From positions 1 to 64,000 of the forward strand of contig CAVUHW010000045.1 in NCBI GenBank assembly GCA_963741205.1: a stretch of DNA of 64,000 nt. The letters run 5' to 3'. Source of the DNA: Nitrospirota bacterium. GTDB lineage: Bacteria; Nitrospirota; UBA9217. The notes beneath the pieces are model-generated. The model was not told the origin of the DNA and searched no databases. It saw only the letters and a program-made list of their open reading frames with translations. Position 1 is the first letter of the stretch. Every line of letters starts with the position of its first letter. The position numbers were made by a program, and so were the translations under genes. This document shows, one piece after another, positions 41,713 through 53,495 of this stretch.

Positions 41713-44350
41713 TTGAAAGCAAACGAACTACGAAAGCTGTTTCTCGACTATTTCGCCGCGCGGGGCCACAAGGTGGTGCCGAGCTCGTCGCTTGTGCCCA
41801 AGAACGATCCCACGCTCCTGTTCACGAACGCCGGCATGGTGCAGTTCAAGGGCGTGTTCCTGGGCGAGGACGTGCGGGACTACAAGCGGGCCGTGACCTC
41901 CCAGAAGTGCGTGCGCGCCGGAGGAAAGCACAACGACCTCGAGAACGTGGGCCATACCGCTCGGCACCATACGTTCTTCGAGATGCTGGGCAACTTTTCC
42001 TTCGGCGACTACTTCAAAAAGGACGCGATTGCCTTTGCCTGGGAATTTCTGACCACGGTCGTGAAGCTCCCGAAAGAAAAGCTCTGGGTGACGGTCTATA
42101 AGGACGACGACGAGGCCTTCGAGCTGTGGCAGCAGGTCGCCGGCGTGAGACCCGACCGCATCGTTCGCCTCGGCGAGAAGGACAACTTCTGGGCCATGGG
42201 CGATACGGGGCCGTGCGGTCCCTGTTCCGAGATCATCATCGACCAGGGGCCGGAGATGTCCTGCGGCAAGTCAACCTGCGCGGTGGGGTGCGACTGCGAC
42301 CGCTACCTCGAGATATGGAACCTCGTGTTCATGCAGTACAACCGCGACGAGACGGGCAAGCTCACGCCGCTCCCGAAGCCCTCCATCGATACCGGCATGG
42401 GACTTGAGCGGCTTTCCTCGGTGGTGCAGAAAGTAAAAACAAACTTCGAGACCGACCTTTTCCAGTCCATCATCAGGGAGATCGCCGCAATGGCCGGCGT
42501 GCCCTACCACAAGGACGAGCAGACCGACATCTCCTACCAGGTCTGCGCCGACCATCTCCGCGCCATGACGTTCCTTATTTCCGACGGCGTGCTTCCCTCG
42601 AACGAGGGCCGGGGATACGTGCTCCGGCGCATCATCCGGCGGGCGAGCCGCTACGGCAGGCTGATCGGGATCAACAAACCCTTCCTCTATAAACTCACGG
42701 GCTCGGTTGTGGACGCGATGCGCGAGGCCTATCCCGAGCTTGTGGACGGACGCGAGCACGTGGCCAAGGTGGTGCTCACCGAGGAGGAGCGGTTCGGCCA
42801 GACTCTCGACTCCGGGCTGGCGCTGCTCAATGAAGCAGTTACAAAGCTCAAGGCAGAGAAGCAGGCAATCATCCCGGGCGATGTGCTGTTCAAGCTGTAC
42901 GATACCTTCGGATTTCCGCTCGACCTCGTGGCCGACATGGCGAGGGACATGCACCTTGAGATCGATGAGGCAGGCTATCGCCGCGCCATGCAGGAGCAGC
43001 GCGACAAGGCGCGGGCCTCCTGGTCGGGATCGGGCGAGGAAAAGGTCAAGCCGGTCTACAGGGAAGCGGCCGCAGGCGTCAGGAAGACGGTCTTTACGGG
43101 ATACGAGACACTCGAAGGGACCGGAGAGGTGCTTGCAATCATCCGGGGGGACAAGCGGGTAAGCGAGGTGCACGAGGGCGACGAGGCGGAGATCATCCTC
43201 GATCAGACGGCCTTCTATGCGGAGTCGGGCGGACAGGTGGGCGACAAGGGTGAACTCCTGGGCGAGGCTGCCAAGTTCGCCGTGACCGACACGGTCAGTG
43301 CCCGTCGAGGGCATTTTCGTTCACAAGGGCAAAGTAAGAAAAGGCAGCTTCAAGACGGGCGACGCGGTGCTGGGCAAAGTCGAGGTCGACGAGCGCCTCG
43401 ATACGATGCGGCATCATACGGCTACGCACATCCTCCACGCCACGCTCCGGTCGGTGCTGGGCGAGCACGTCAAGCAGGCGGGTTCGCTCGTGGCGCCGGA
43501 CCGGTGCCGGTTCGACTTCACGCACTACACGGCGCTGACGGAGCGCGAGAAGGAACGCATCGAGGAACTGGTAAACGAGCGGATCATCGAGAACCATCCC
43601 GTCGAGACCACGGTCATGGACATCGACCAGGCCGTGGCCTCCGGCGCCATGGCCTTGTTCGATGAAAAATACGGAGACAAGGTCCGGGTCGTGACGGTCA
43701 AGGATGTGAGCAAGGAGCTCTGCGGCGGCACCCACACGAAGGCCTCGGGTGACATCGGCCTGTTCAAGATCGTTTCCGAGTCCGGCATCGCGGCGGGGGT
43801 GCGGCGGCTCGAAATCCTGGCCGGACGGCGCGCCTATCAGGCTGTGAAGAAAGAAGAGCAGAGCCTCCAGGAGATAAGCCGGATGCTGAAGGCGTCGGAC
43901 CCGGATGTCGTGGGCCGCGTGGAGCGCCTGATGAACCAGCTGCGGGACACGGAGAAAGAGCTCGAGCGGGTGAAGCACAAGATGCAGACGTCCCAGGCAG
44001 GAGACATCATCAGCGAGGCAAAGGACATGGACGGCGTCAAGGTGCTTGCCAAACGCGCCGACGGCATGGACCCGAAGGAACTTCGCGATTTCGGCGATAA
44101 GCTCCGGGACAAACTCGGCTCCGGCATCCTCGCCCTCGGTTCCGCGAAGGACGACAAAGTGAGCCTCATCGTCATGGTCACGAAGGACCTGATCCCGCGT
44201 TTCCATGCCGGCAACATCATCAAGCAGATGGCCCCCATCCTCGGCGGCACCGGCGGAGGCAAGCCCGACCTGGCCCAGTCCGGAGGAAAAGACCCGGGGA
44301 AACTGGACGCGGCGCTCGAGGCGTTGTATGAGATCGTCAAGAAAAAATAA
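41713..44350 (+). CDS. alaS: Alanine--tRNA ligase (single frameshift near 43297)
   Basis: LLFTNAGMVQFK, RHHTFFEMLGNFS, IDTGMGLER, HTATH, ELCGGTH, GGGKPDLAQ. Confidence 0.98.
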
Positions 44351-44623
44351 AGTCAGCTTGACGTGCTGTGAGTTTATTTAGCGCCGAACGAAGCCGGTTG
44401 GAAGTGAAGAAATTCATCTTTGACCGGCTTTTTTTTCGCGCCAACGGATTTTCAGATCTGTCTTAACGAGACACAGACAGTAGTTGCGAATGATCCATGA
44501 ATCAAATAATATCGCTGTGAAACTGAAATCGGGACAAAAGGACTACGGCGATGAAGCTAAAAGGGGATGTGGTGATTAAGTACAGGTAGAGGTTAGGTGA
44601 TCAGCTCTTGTGGTGTCGGAAAT

Positions 44624-45043
44624 ATGAATGATGAACAGGTTCAGGTCGAGATTCAGGCAGCAATAAACGAGTTGGTTGCTTCCGGCGCGGAGGATCGGAC
44701 TGCAGGTCGCAGTGATCAAGAACGGTCGCGTGGTTGTCGACGCCGTGGGCGGCGTCGCTGATCCTCGAACCGGAATTGCGGTCAACGGGGACACGTTGTT
44801 TTTCGCAGCGTCCACAGCGAAAGGTGTTGCAACTTCAGTGGCGCACGTCCTGGTGGAGCAGGGCAAGCTTAACTACGGTCGCGCCTCGGCTCGACGTTCG
44901 GCATGGTGGGGATGAACGGCTCAGCAGCCTTCGCAGACATAGATTCCGGCGTTGCGGTGGCCGTGATGCGCAATCGCTTCGCAGCCGACGGTTTTAAGAC
45001 GGTGGCACGGATTGACCGAATCGTTGCCGAGAGGCTTTCGTGA
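44624..45043 (+). pseudogene. Serine hydrolase (beta-lactamase family) with large internal deletion
   Basis: GLQVAV..DTLF..STAK (SxxK) joined directly to C-terminal FGMVGMNGSAAFAD..VAVMRN. Confidence 0.7.
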
Positions 45044-45245
45044 TCACGGTTTCGTTGATCGGGAAGAGTGCGGTGAAACTCGACACAATGATCCCAACCA
45101 CGAGAGAGGGTCGCTGAGAAACTCGTCATGACCGGGACGGCGTAGAGATTTACAGCGGTAGTTCTTTAATATGATATAATAAAAACAGGCTTTTACTCTC
45201 AGGTTCGTTGATTTTCATGTGAATCATTTACCCAAGGAGGCTACC

Positions 45246-45566
45246 ATGATGGTAACAGAGCTCATCAAGAAGGCAATGCTTGCAGGGCTGGGCGCTCAGG
45301 AAAAGGCCAAGGAGTTCGTCGATGAACTAGTAAAGGCGGGGGAGCTTTCCAAGGGCGAAGGGGCGAACCTCGTCAAGGAGTGGGTCTCCAAGGCCGAGGA
45401 AAGCCGCAAGGACATGGACCAAAAGATAAAAGACGCGATGGCCGCCGCATTTGAAAAGATAAACATCCCGAGTCGCGACGACCTCGCGAACCTGGAGAAG
45501 AAGATCCAGGGCATCTCCGCACGGCTCTCGAAACTCGAAGGAGGCGAAGGGAAGGGCGGGGATTAG
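45246..45566 (+). CDS. Phasin-like (PhaF/PhaI family) protein
   Basis: IKKAMLAGLG..VDELVKAGEL..NIPSRDDL; adjacent to a UbiB kinase. Confidence 0.75.
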   Translation: MMVTELIKKAMLAGLGAQEKAKEFVDELVKAGELSKGEGANLVKEWVSKAEESRKDMDQKIKDAMAAAFEKINIPSRDDLANLEKKIQGISARLSKLEGGEGKGGD

Positions 45567-45587
45567 GCCAGCGCCCGCGCGACGCCG

Positions 45588-47294
45588 ATGCCTCTTTTGG
45601 GTTTCAGGAGAAGACACTTTCGGGACATTCCGCGGATCGGACGGATCATCGCGGTGGCGTCCCGCCACGGGTTCGGCTACCTCGTGGAACAGCTTGGCCT
45701 TGAGCGTTTCTTTTCGCTCGGCAGGCGCATCGTCTCGTTCAAAAAGCCCCTCTCCGCTGTTCATCGGATCAGCACGCCGGAGCGTCTCCGGCTGATGTTC
45801 GAGGAGTTGGGGCCCACGTTTATCAAGTTCGGCCAGGTCCTGGCATGCAGGCCGGACATGCTGCCCCTTGGAATACTCCCGTGAATTTCTCAAACTTACC
45901 GACTCCGTAGCGCCCTTTCCCGCCGCAGAAGCGAGAAACATCATCGAAGAGGACCTCAAGGCGCCGATCGGGATCTCTTTGCGTCCTTCGAGGATCACCC
46001 GGTGGCCGCAGCGTCCATAGCCCAGGTCCACCGGGCGGTGCTTCCCGACGGACGCGACGTGATGGTAAAGGTCCAGCGGCCTCATATCGTCCGCATGATC
46101 GACCGGGACATCAGCATCATGCGGTGGCTGGCCGAGCTGATCGCCGCGCGGGTGCCGGAAATGGCGCCCTATGACATCCCGGGGATCGTCGAGGAGTTTG
46201 CCCGCACCATTAAACGGGAACTCGATTTTTTCATCGAAGCCTCGAACGCCATCCAACTGCGAAAAAATTTCGAGGACAGCGCCGTCCTGTATGTCCCGCA
46301 GGTTTTTCCCGACATTTCAAGCAAGCGGGTCCTGGTCCTGGAAAGGGTCGAGGGGATCAGGATCGACGAATACGAGCGGCTGGACCGGGAGGGGTATGAC
46401 CGCAAGGACCTCGCCCGTAAAGGGGGCGCGGCTTTCTTCAAGATGGTCCTGCGAGACGGCTTGTTCCACGCCGATCCGCATCCGGGCAATATTTTCGTGC
46501 TGTCTGACGGAAGGCTCGGCCTCGTCGACTTCGGCATCATGGGCCGCGTTACCGACGAGAACATGGAGTACTTTGCGTCCGTTTTTCTCGCCCTGGCGAA
46601 CCATGATTATGACGGTATGGTCCGCCTGTACGTGGACATGGGGTTCCTCTCCGAGGAAACCGTCGACCTCGAGAAGTTCCAGCGGGAGATGAAAGACGAC
46701 CTTATGGAGTTCCTCGAGCCCTACTACGTCATGCAGGTGAAGCAGATCGACTTCGGCGCTTATGTCGACCGCATGACCCAGATCCTCATCCGGCACCGCC
46801 TGAAGCTTCCGTCGAACTTCTATCTCATGGACAAGGCGCTCATCACCCTGGAGGGAATTCTGAAGCAGCTCGACCCGGAGTTCAATTACGTCGAGGCGGC
46901 GAAGCCCTATGTGACGGAGCTGGTGCGCCGCAGGCGAAACCCGCTCAGGGCCGCGCAAAACATGCAAAAAAACATGGCGGAATTCGCCGATGCCTTCACG
47001 CTTTTGCCGAAACAGGTCAAAACGATGTTCAGGAAATTCATGCACGGCGATTTCCGGATGAGCCTTCACCACGAGGAGCTGAATCACCTGATCAGGGACA
47101 TCGACAAATCGAGCAACCGCCTCGCTTTCAGCGTTATCACCGCGGCTATCATCGTGGCGTCTTCCATCATCATCCACGCCGCGAAGGGCCCCATGCTTTT
47201 TGGCTTGCCTGTGTTCGGCCTTATAGGGTATGTTATAGCAGCCTTGTTGGGACTGTGGCTCCTGATCGGTATCCTGAGATCGGGACACCTATGA
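45588..47294 (+). CDS. AarF/ABC1/UbiB kinase family protein, frameshifted
   Basis: ELGPTFIKFGQ, AAASIAQVHRA, VKVQRP, ELDF, FHADPHPGN, VDFG. Confidence 0.92.
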
Positions 47295-47391
47295 TGGCGG
47301 ACGGGGCATCGCAAAAAGTTTCGAGTTTCGGGCCTGTTGTTGATAGCCGACGACGAGCCATAAACCACAAACTCGAAACCGGGAAGTTCGG

Positions 47392-48476
47392 GTGAATGAA
47401 ATGCAAAATGACAGAAAATGGATGAAGGGGCATCCGTGGAAATCGTTTCTCATTGCCACTGCATTGCTTACCGTCATCGTCCATTTTTACATTGCGCTGT
47501 TCGTGCCGCCGTCAAAAGAGAAGGTCTGGAAGGAAATCGAGGTTACGGACGGCATGTCCTTCAAGGCCATCACGGCACGCTCCATAATGAAGGCATCATC
47601 CGATACCGGGGATACTTCGATATCATCGGCAGGCTCCAGGGCATCAGCCGCAAGGTGCGCTCGGGGTATTACGGACTGAGCACGAACATGACGTTGTGGG
47701 ATGTGCTCGATGCCTTGCGCAAGGGCAAGATCATCGAATACGAAGTCCTGATCCCCGAAGGGTACAATCTGTATCAGATCGGCTGGACGCTCTCGGGCAC
47801 GCCTCTCGTGTCCGACCCGGATCAGTTCATCAAACTTGTGAAGAATAAAAAGTACGTTCACTCTCTCGGGGTCGAGGCCGATTCGCTCGAAGGGTATTTG
47901 TTTCCGGACACCTACTATCTGCCCAAGGGCATCAAACTCGAAGAAATCCCGAAAAAGATGGTCCAGCGTTACAAGGCGGTGTTTGCTGACGGCTACAAGA
48001 AGCGGGCCAAGGATCTGGGCTTTACCGAACACCAGATCATCACCCTGGCGTCGATCGTGGAAAAGGAAGCCAGGGTGCCTTCGGAGCGCAAACTCATCGC
48101 GGCGGTCTATTTTAACCGTCTCAAGAGGGGCATGAAACTCCAGGCCGACCCGACCGCGGTCTATGGCAAGAAGGCATGGATCACCAACGTTACCATGTCG
48201 GACCTGAGGAGGCCGTCGCCGTACAACACCTATCTTCACAAGGGTCTGCCGCCGGGACCGATCGCGAACCCCGGCGAAGGCGCTATATTGGCGGCGCTCT
48301 ATCCCGATAATGTTGATTATCTCTTTTTCGTCGCCCAGGGCGACGGGAGTCATCATTATTTCTCGAAGGATTACGGCACGCACTCGAAGGCGGTGAATCG
48401 ATACCACGCGAAGAAGAAAGCGAAAAGGGAGCAGAGAGAGAAACAAGCAGAGAAGGAGAATCAAGAGGAACAGTAA
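47392..48476 (+). CDS. mltG: Endolytic transglycosylase MltG, frameshifted
   Basis: IPEG, LEGYLFPDTY, LASIVEKE, LQADPT, SPYNTY, GLPPGPI. Confidence 0.93.
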
Positions 48477-48590
48477 TTCAATTGATCAGCACCGTAAAGC
48501 CCGCGAATTCAGGGAGGGAGAGGCACTTCTCCGATAATCCCTCCCGGTCGAATTTTCCGTATGCCATCGAATCATCGAAAAGCCTGATCG

Positions 48591-48881
48591 TCATCCTGCC
48601 TCTGTCGATCTGGAATTTCCCTCCGCCGACGACAATCCACGCTTTGTCATAAACCTCGTATCGCTTCCTCTCGGAAGCATAGCCCCCTCAATCCCCTTAT
48701 CGAGACAAAACCGCTCTACGATGCCCGCATGGTATTTGGTAAATTCCTGGGGGGAAAAGACGAGGTATTCGGTTTCATCGTTCCGTATTTGGACGAATTT
48801 GCCTCCCATAACCGGCGGGACCGGGGTCCGCGCAATAGCCGTGAAGTACAGGGGCGTGTAGTCGATGAATACGAGGGTCAT
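48591..48881 (-). CDS. Hypothetical protein (probably frameshifted)
   Basis: GGKFVQI..YLVFSP..YHAGIVERFC; 3' end uncertain. Confidence 0.55.
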   Translation of the reverse strand: MTLVFIDYTPLYFTAIARTPVPPVMGGKFVQIRNDETEYLVFSPQEFTKYHAGIVERFCLDKGIEGAMLPRGSDTRFMTKRGLSSAEGNSRSTEAG

Positions 48882-49103
48882 GAATTAACCTACAAAAGCA
48901 TTTGGCCGCAGATAAAATCGGATAAACGCGGATTTAAAACGTGGCTCATAATTGTTGAAAAATTAAAAAAAGAATTGCCTCTGATGGCAGGCGGACATAC
49001 AGTCTATTGTCTGGTTTATCTGTGTAATCTGCGTCGTTTAGAAGCGCCTACTTTTGGTCATCAGCGTCCACTCGCGGTTTTCAGGCTCAAGTATTGCGTC
49101 GGT

Positions 49104-49969
49104 TTACTCCCTCTGCCTCGGGTCGAGGGCGTCGCGGATGCCTTCGCCGAGGAGATTATAGCCCAGGACGGTAATGAGGATGGCGAGGCCGGGGAAGGCC
49201 GACAGCCACCAGGCGATCTCGATGTTGTCCTTGCCCGAGGAGAGCAGACTGCCCCAGGAGGGCGTCGGGGGCTGGACGCCGAGACCGAGGAAGCTCAGGG
49301 CCGACTCGATGAGAATGGCGCCGCCGATGCCCATGGTTGCCGAGACGAGGATGGGGGAGAGGCCGTTCGGCAGGACGTGCTTCATGATGATGCGTTTGTC
49401 GGTTGCGCCGATGGCGCGGGCTGCTATCACGAATTCCCGTTCTTTGAGCGAGATGAACTCGGCGCGGATGAGCCGTGCCGGCTCCATCCAGCTGGTGAGG
49501 CCGATGACGACCATGATATTGATGATGCTCGGCTCGAGGATGGCGATTACGGCGAGAACCAGAAATATCGTCGGGATGCTCAGCATGATGTCCACCGCCC
49601 GCATGATGATGCTGTCGATCCAGCCGCCGTAGTAAGCCCGCGATCGGCGCCGAGGATGATGCCGATGATCGTCGCGATGCCGACGGCCACGAAACCGACC
49701 TCTAAGGAGATTCTCCCGCCCCAGAGCATGCGTGAGAGCACGTCCCTGCCGAGGTCGTCCGTTCCCAGGAGATGGGCGCAGCTCGGACCGACGAGAATGT
49801 TCTTGATGTCAATTTGAGAGGGGTCATAGCGCGCGATCCGGGGCGCAAAGATGGATAAAACGAAGACGAGCAGCACCAGGATCCCGCCGATGACCGCGAG
49901 CTTGTTCTTCATGAGATAGTGAAGGGTCCGTGCCGCGAAGGATTCGGGTTTGTTCATATCTATCTTCAT
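49104..49969 (-). CDS. Peptide/nickel ABC transporter permease (OppC/DppC-like), frameshifted
   Basis: HLLGTDDLGRD, REFVIAARAIGA, LSFLGLGV..SWG, LGEGIRDALDP. Confidence 0.92.
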
Positions 49970-49974
49970 GCCTT

Positions 49975-50958
49975 TTAGATCGATTTCAGTCTCACCCGCG
50001 GGTCCGTGAACGCATAGGCGATATCGGCAAGGAAGTTGCCGAGCATCGTGAGAAATGCAGCCGGGACGAGGACACCCATCGCTACATTGTAGTCTCTCGA
50101 CAGCACGGCCTGAAACATGAGCAGACCCATGCCGGGGATGCTGAAGACGGTCTCCATGATTGCGCTGCCTCCGATAATTCCGGGCAGGGAGAGTCCGAGG
50201 ATGGTGATGATGGGCATGAGCGCGTTGCGGAGCGCATGCTTAAAAATCACCGTTTTTTCGGGGAGGCCTTTCGCCCGGGCAGTGCGGATATAATCCTGGC
50301 GCATGACTTCAAGCATGCTGTTTCGCATAAAGCGGGAGTAGAAGGCCAGTCCTCCGAAGGCGGAGATGGAGACGGGCAGGATAAGGTGCCGGGCCCGGTC
50401 CGTGATCCAGCCCCAGCTCCACGCGGTGAGACCGCCGATATCCAGACTCTGGATGCCCGATATCGGCAGTATTCCCCATTGAACGCCGAAAAGATAGATG
50501 AGCAGCAGCGCGAGCCAGAACGACGGCGTGGAATAGCCGATGAAGACGAAGATCGTCGTGAAGCGGTCGAGCAGCGAGTATTGCCGCGTCGCCGACATGA
50601 TGCCGATGGGTATGGCAATCAGCAGAACCAGCCCCAGCGAGAGGAGGTTAATGGTCAGCGTGATCGGGAGGCGTTCGAGGATCTTGTCCTTGACCTTGCG
50701 GCCGTCGGCGAAGGCTTCGCCGAAATCGAGGGTCATGAACTTCTTGAGCCACGTGGCGTACTGTTTGTAAAACGGCTGATCTGCGCCGTAAAGCTTTCGG
50801 AGCCGCTCCCGCGCCTCGGCGGACGCCTTTGCGGAGAATTCCATCTGCGCTTCCGCCGGCCCGCCCGGAGCAAGACGCATCACGCCGAAGCTCAGCACGG
50901 TGATGCCGAGAAGGATGGGGACCATCAGGAGCATTCGTTTTATGATATAGACCAGCAT
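49975..50958 (-). CDS. Peptide/nickel ABC transporter permease (OppB/DppB-like)
   Basis: YIIKR, ERLPIT, DYIRTARAKGL, HALRNAL, DIAYAFTDPRVR. Confidence 0.93.
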   Translation of the reverse strand: MLVYIIKRMLLMVPILLGITVLSFGVMRLAPGGPAEAQMEFSAKASAEARERLRKLYGADQPFYKQYATWLKKFMTLDFGEAFADGRKVKDKILERLPITLTINLLSLGLVLLIAIPIGIMSATRQYSLLDRFTTIFVFIGYSTPSFWLALLLIYLFGVQWGILPISGIQSLDIGGLTAWSWGWITDRARHLILPVSISAFGGLAFYSRFMRNSMLEVMRQDYIRTARAKGLPEKTVIFKHALRNALMPIITILGLSLPGIIGGSAIMETVFSIPGMGLLMFQAVLSRDYNVAMGVLVPAAFLTMLGNFLADIAYAFTDPRVRLKSI

Positions 50959-50969
50959 TGGCTGATGAT

Positions 50970-51225
50970 TTATCCGGTGACCTTGTACACGAGGTCGAAG
51001 GGCTTTGCGCGGCTGGGAGAGTTTGATGCCGGTGAACTGACCGCGGGCGGCTTTCTGGACCGGCTTGTGGTCGAACTCCAGGTCTTCGATCTTCTGGGTG
51101 AAGTCCGTCGCGGCCCCCTTGATGCGAACGATGTCTCCGACCGCGAGGTCGCCGAAATCAAGCTTGACCGCGGCGACGGAGGTTTTGTCGAAAAACTTGA
51201 TTACTGAGCCGATCCGTTCTTCCAT
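50970..51225 (-). CDS. Small EF-Tu domain II-like / U32 peptidase C-terminal-like beta-barrel protein
   Basis: IGSVIKFFDKTSVAAV..LAVGD.VRIKG..DFTQ..GQFTGIK; shifted frame ends DLVYKVTG*. Confidence 0.7.
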
Positions 51226-51329
51226 GGCAGTAATGATAGTCTAAAATGTCCGCTAATTCAAGGGAAAAGCTGACGCTGATTTTAACGGAGAAAAACGATA
51301 AAATCGCTTATGGCACGGCTACATAGCGC

Positions 51330-51358
51330 TTGACATCGAGAAGGAGTGTGAGTATTAT
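51330..51358 (+). promoter_or_regulatory. Sigma70 promoter of the tRNA cluster
   Basis: TTGACA-17-TATTAT. Confidence 0.75.
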
Positions 51359-51396
51359 ATGGCCTACGAGTCAGGGGTAATATGAGCGGCATACCT

Positions 51397-51473
<77 letters not shown>

Positions 51474-51568
51474 GTTTAATCACATTGCGGAATGCGGATT
51501 GCGGAATGCTGATTGAAAAAACATGAGCCTTTAATCCGAAATCGGCAATCCGAAATCCGAAATAGAAT

Positions 51569-51645
51569 GCGCCTGTAGCTCAGTTGGATAGAGCAACAGC
51601 CTTCTAAGCTGTGGGCCATGGGTTCGAATCCCGTCAGGCGCACCA
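51569..51645 (+). tRNA. tRNA-Arg (UCU)
   Basis: ACAGC-CTTCTAA-GCTGT, GTTCGAATC, CCA end. Confidence 0.95.
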
Positions 51646-51683
51646 TTCATTAAGATTGTAGACTGCGGATTGCGGATTGCTGG

Positions 51684-51712
51684 TTGACAAATTGTCGTAG
51701 ACGCTATAGAAT
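51684..51712 (+). promoter_or_regulatory. Sigma70 promoter upstream of tRNA-His
   Basis: TTGACA-17-TAGAAT. Confidence 0.7.
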
Positions 51713-51745
51713 AATCTTCGTTTTTGAAATCCGGCATAATATCAC

Positions 51746-51822
51746 GGTGGGCGTAGCTCAGTTGGTAGAGCTCCAGGTTGTGGCCCTGGTGGCCGCGGGT
51801 TCAAGCCCCGTCGCTCACCCCA
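51746..51822 (+). tRNA. tRNA-His (GUG)
   Basis: G-1, CCAGG-TTGTGGC-CCTGG, CCA end. Confidence 0.95.
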
Positions 51823-51877
51823 ATTTCCTTTAGAGACGGCCGATCTGGCCGTCTCAGTTTTTCTAGAGACAGTTACT

Positions 51878-51954
<77 letters not shown>

Positions 51955-52052
51955 TGATCCGCAGTGCGAAATGCGGAAGGCGGAGTGACGCAACTCGTCA
52001 ATCGTGAGAAGAGTGAATCGGCAATCGTCCATCATCCATCGAAGTCGAGAAT

Positions 52053-52129
52053 GCGCCCGTAGCTCAGCTGGATAGAGCGTTGGCCTCCGAAGCCAAAGGT
52101 CGTGGGTCCGAATCCCGCCGGGCGCACCA
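52053..52129 (+). tRNA. tRNA-Arg (CCG)
   Basis: TTGGC-CTCCGAA-GCCAA, CCA end; T-loop reads GTCCGAAT instead of GTTCGAAT. Confidence 0.9.
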
Positions 52130-52187
52130 ATTATTAGCACTATATCAAGAACAGGGCAAACCAGTTTTTTAGTTCTCACATGATTGT

Positions 52188-52670
52188 CTATTCAACGCGG
52201 AACTTCACGGATGCGAGTGAGCAGGCGCTCGATTCGTAGGTCTGCCCGCCGCTTTCCCCGCAGGCATGGACGTAGGTTACCCTGATCCTGTCGGCCAGGG
52301 CCGCATCCCCAAAAACTTTGATCTTGAACATTTCGGGGCCGCCTTTAAAACCTCCGGGAGAAAGAGAGACGAGACACAACTCCTGACCGTGCAGCGATCC
52401 GGCAATAAGCGTTCCCTCACCGCTGAGCTTTACTTCCCCGTCACTCGAAGTCTCCGTAGTCATGCCGTCTGGTAGTTGAAGGATTATCTTTATCGCTTCA
52501 ACAAGGGGTCCTTCATTCAGCCCCATGACAGAAACAGTCATGACGTGAGATTCCGTCGATTTCATGACCTGTCCTGGCGTAGCAGATGATGCAGTGCTAT
52601 GGTCCCGCAATCCTCCGCACCCCGCCAAAATCACCGCAACCGATGCCAAAAGAACGACCTTCCGTTTCAT
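52188..52670 (-). CDS. Hypothetical lipoprotein
   Basis: MKRK..ILAGC lipobox; RBS GGAGG. Confidence 0.7.
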   Translation of the reverse strand: MKRKVVLLASVAVILAGCGGLRDHSTASSATPGQVMKSTESHVMTVSVMGLNEGPLVEAIKIILQLPDGMTTETSSDGEVKLSGEGTLIAGSLHGQELCLVSLSPGGFKGGPEMFKIKVFGDAALADRIRVTYVHACGESGGQTYESSACSLASVKFRVE

Positions 52671-53029
52671 ATCCCAACCCTCCTGGATTAGTATAATAGA
52701 TTTTCCCGAATTTCGCTATACCGCAATCGGGTATTTCTAGTGGTATATTGGCGATCAGAAATATCCTTGACCTCTGATCACGGTTTGTGCTACTATCCCG
52801 CCTGGTTTTGACATAATTCGACCGAATTCAATAATGGCCGGCTAAAAAAAACAATTAGTTATCGACGGGAGCCGCAACTGAAGACAAAGGTCGCGTCCGA
52901 ATCCCGCTGGGATCCGCAGAGGGAGAGAACCGAGGGACGACGGACTAGCGCTGTAGTTGAATCCTTTCTCGTTCCGTGAGCGATGTGGACGGTCATCCTG
53001 CATTCGTCATGGTTTTATTCAGATTTATG

Positions 53030-53058
53030 TTGCATACCTCCTCAGAGATAAGTATAAT
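53030..53058 (+). promoter_or_regulatory. Sigma70 promoter upstream of tRNA-Lys
   Basis: TTGCAT-17-TATAAT. Confidence 0.7.
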
Positions 53059-53099
53059 GTAGCCGTTTTGCATCTGGTACTCTCACAATTAATTACGAT

Positions 53100-53175
<76 letters not shown>

Positions 53176-53270
53176 GAACAACAACAGGGGAGCAGTGGGT
53201 TATGGGCAGGAATCCATGAGAGTGGGTGCTGCACAAGGCTCACTGCTTTCTTATTATCTAATGGCGTGAA

Positions 53271-53353
53271 GCGAGAGTGGCGGAACTGGCAGACGCGCCA
53301 GACTTAGGATCTGGTGGGTGACCGTGGGGGTTCAAGTCCCCCCTCTCGCACCA
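53271..53353 (+). tRNA. tRNA-Leu (UAG)
   Basis: CCAGA-CTTAGGA-TCTGG, variable arm, CCA end. Confidence 0.95.
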
Positions 53354-53377
53354 TTTACACGCGCAAATTCAAACGCA

Positions 53378-53430
53378 TCCCCACCCCTGCCCCTCCCCTT
53401 CAAGGGGAGGGGAAAAGGGAGGGGATGGGT
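53378..53430. repeat. REP-like palindrome
   Basis: CCCCACCCC..CCTCCCCTTCAAGGGGAGGG, related to 35738. Confidence 0.6.
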
Positions 53431-53495
53431 TTTGGCGGAATTGAACCTCACGTACTTATTCACTCACTTTAAATCCTCTTTAAAGGTGGTATGAA

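Noticed and set aside
49975-51225. 416-aa ORF as an EF-Tu-like domain fused to an ABC permease
   Set aside because: A shifted frame gives the small protein a natural end (DLVYKVTG*, stop at 50970) and the permease has its own ATG at 50958.
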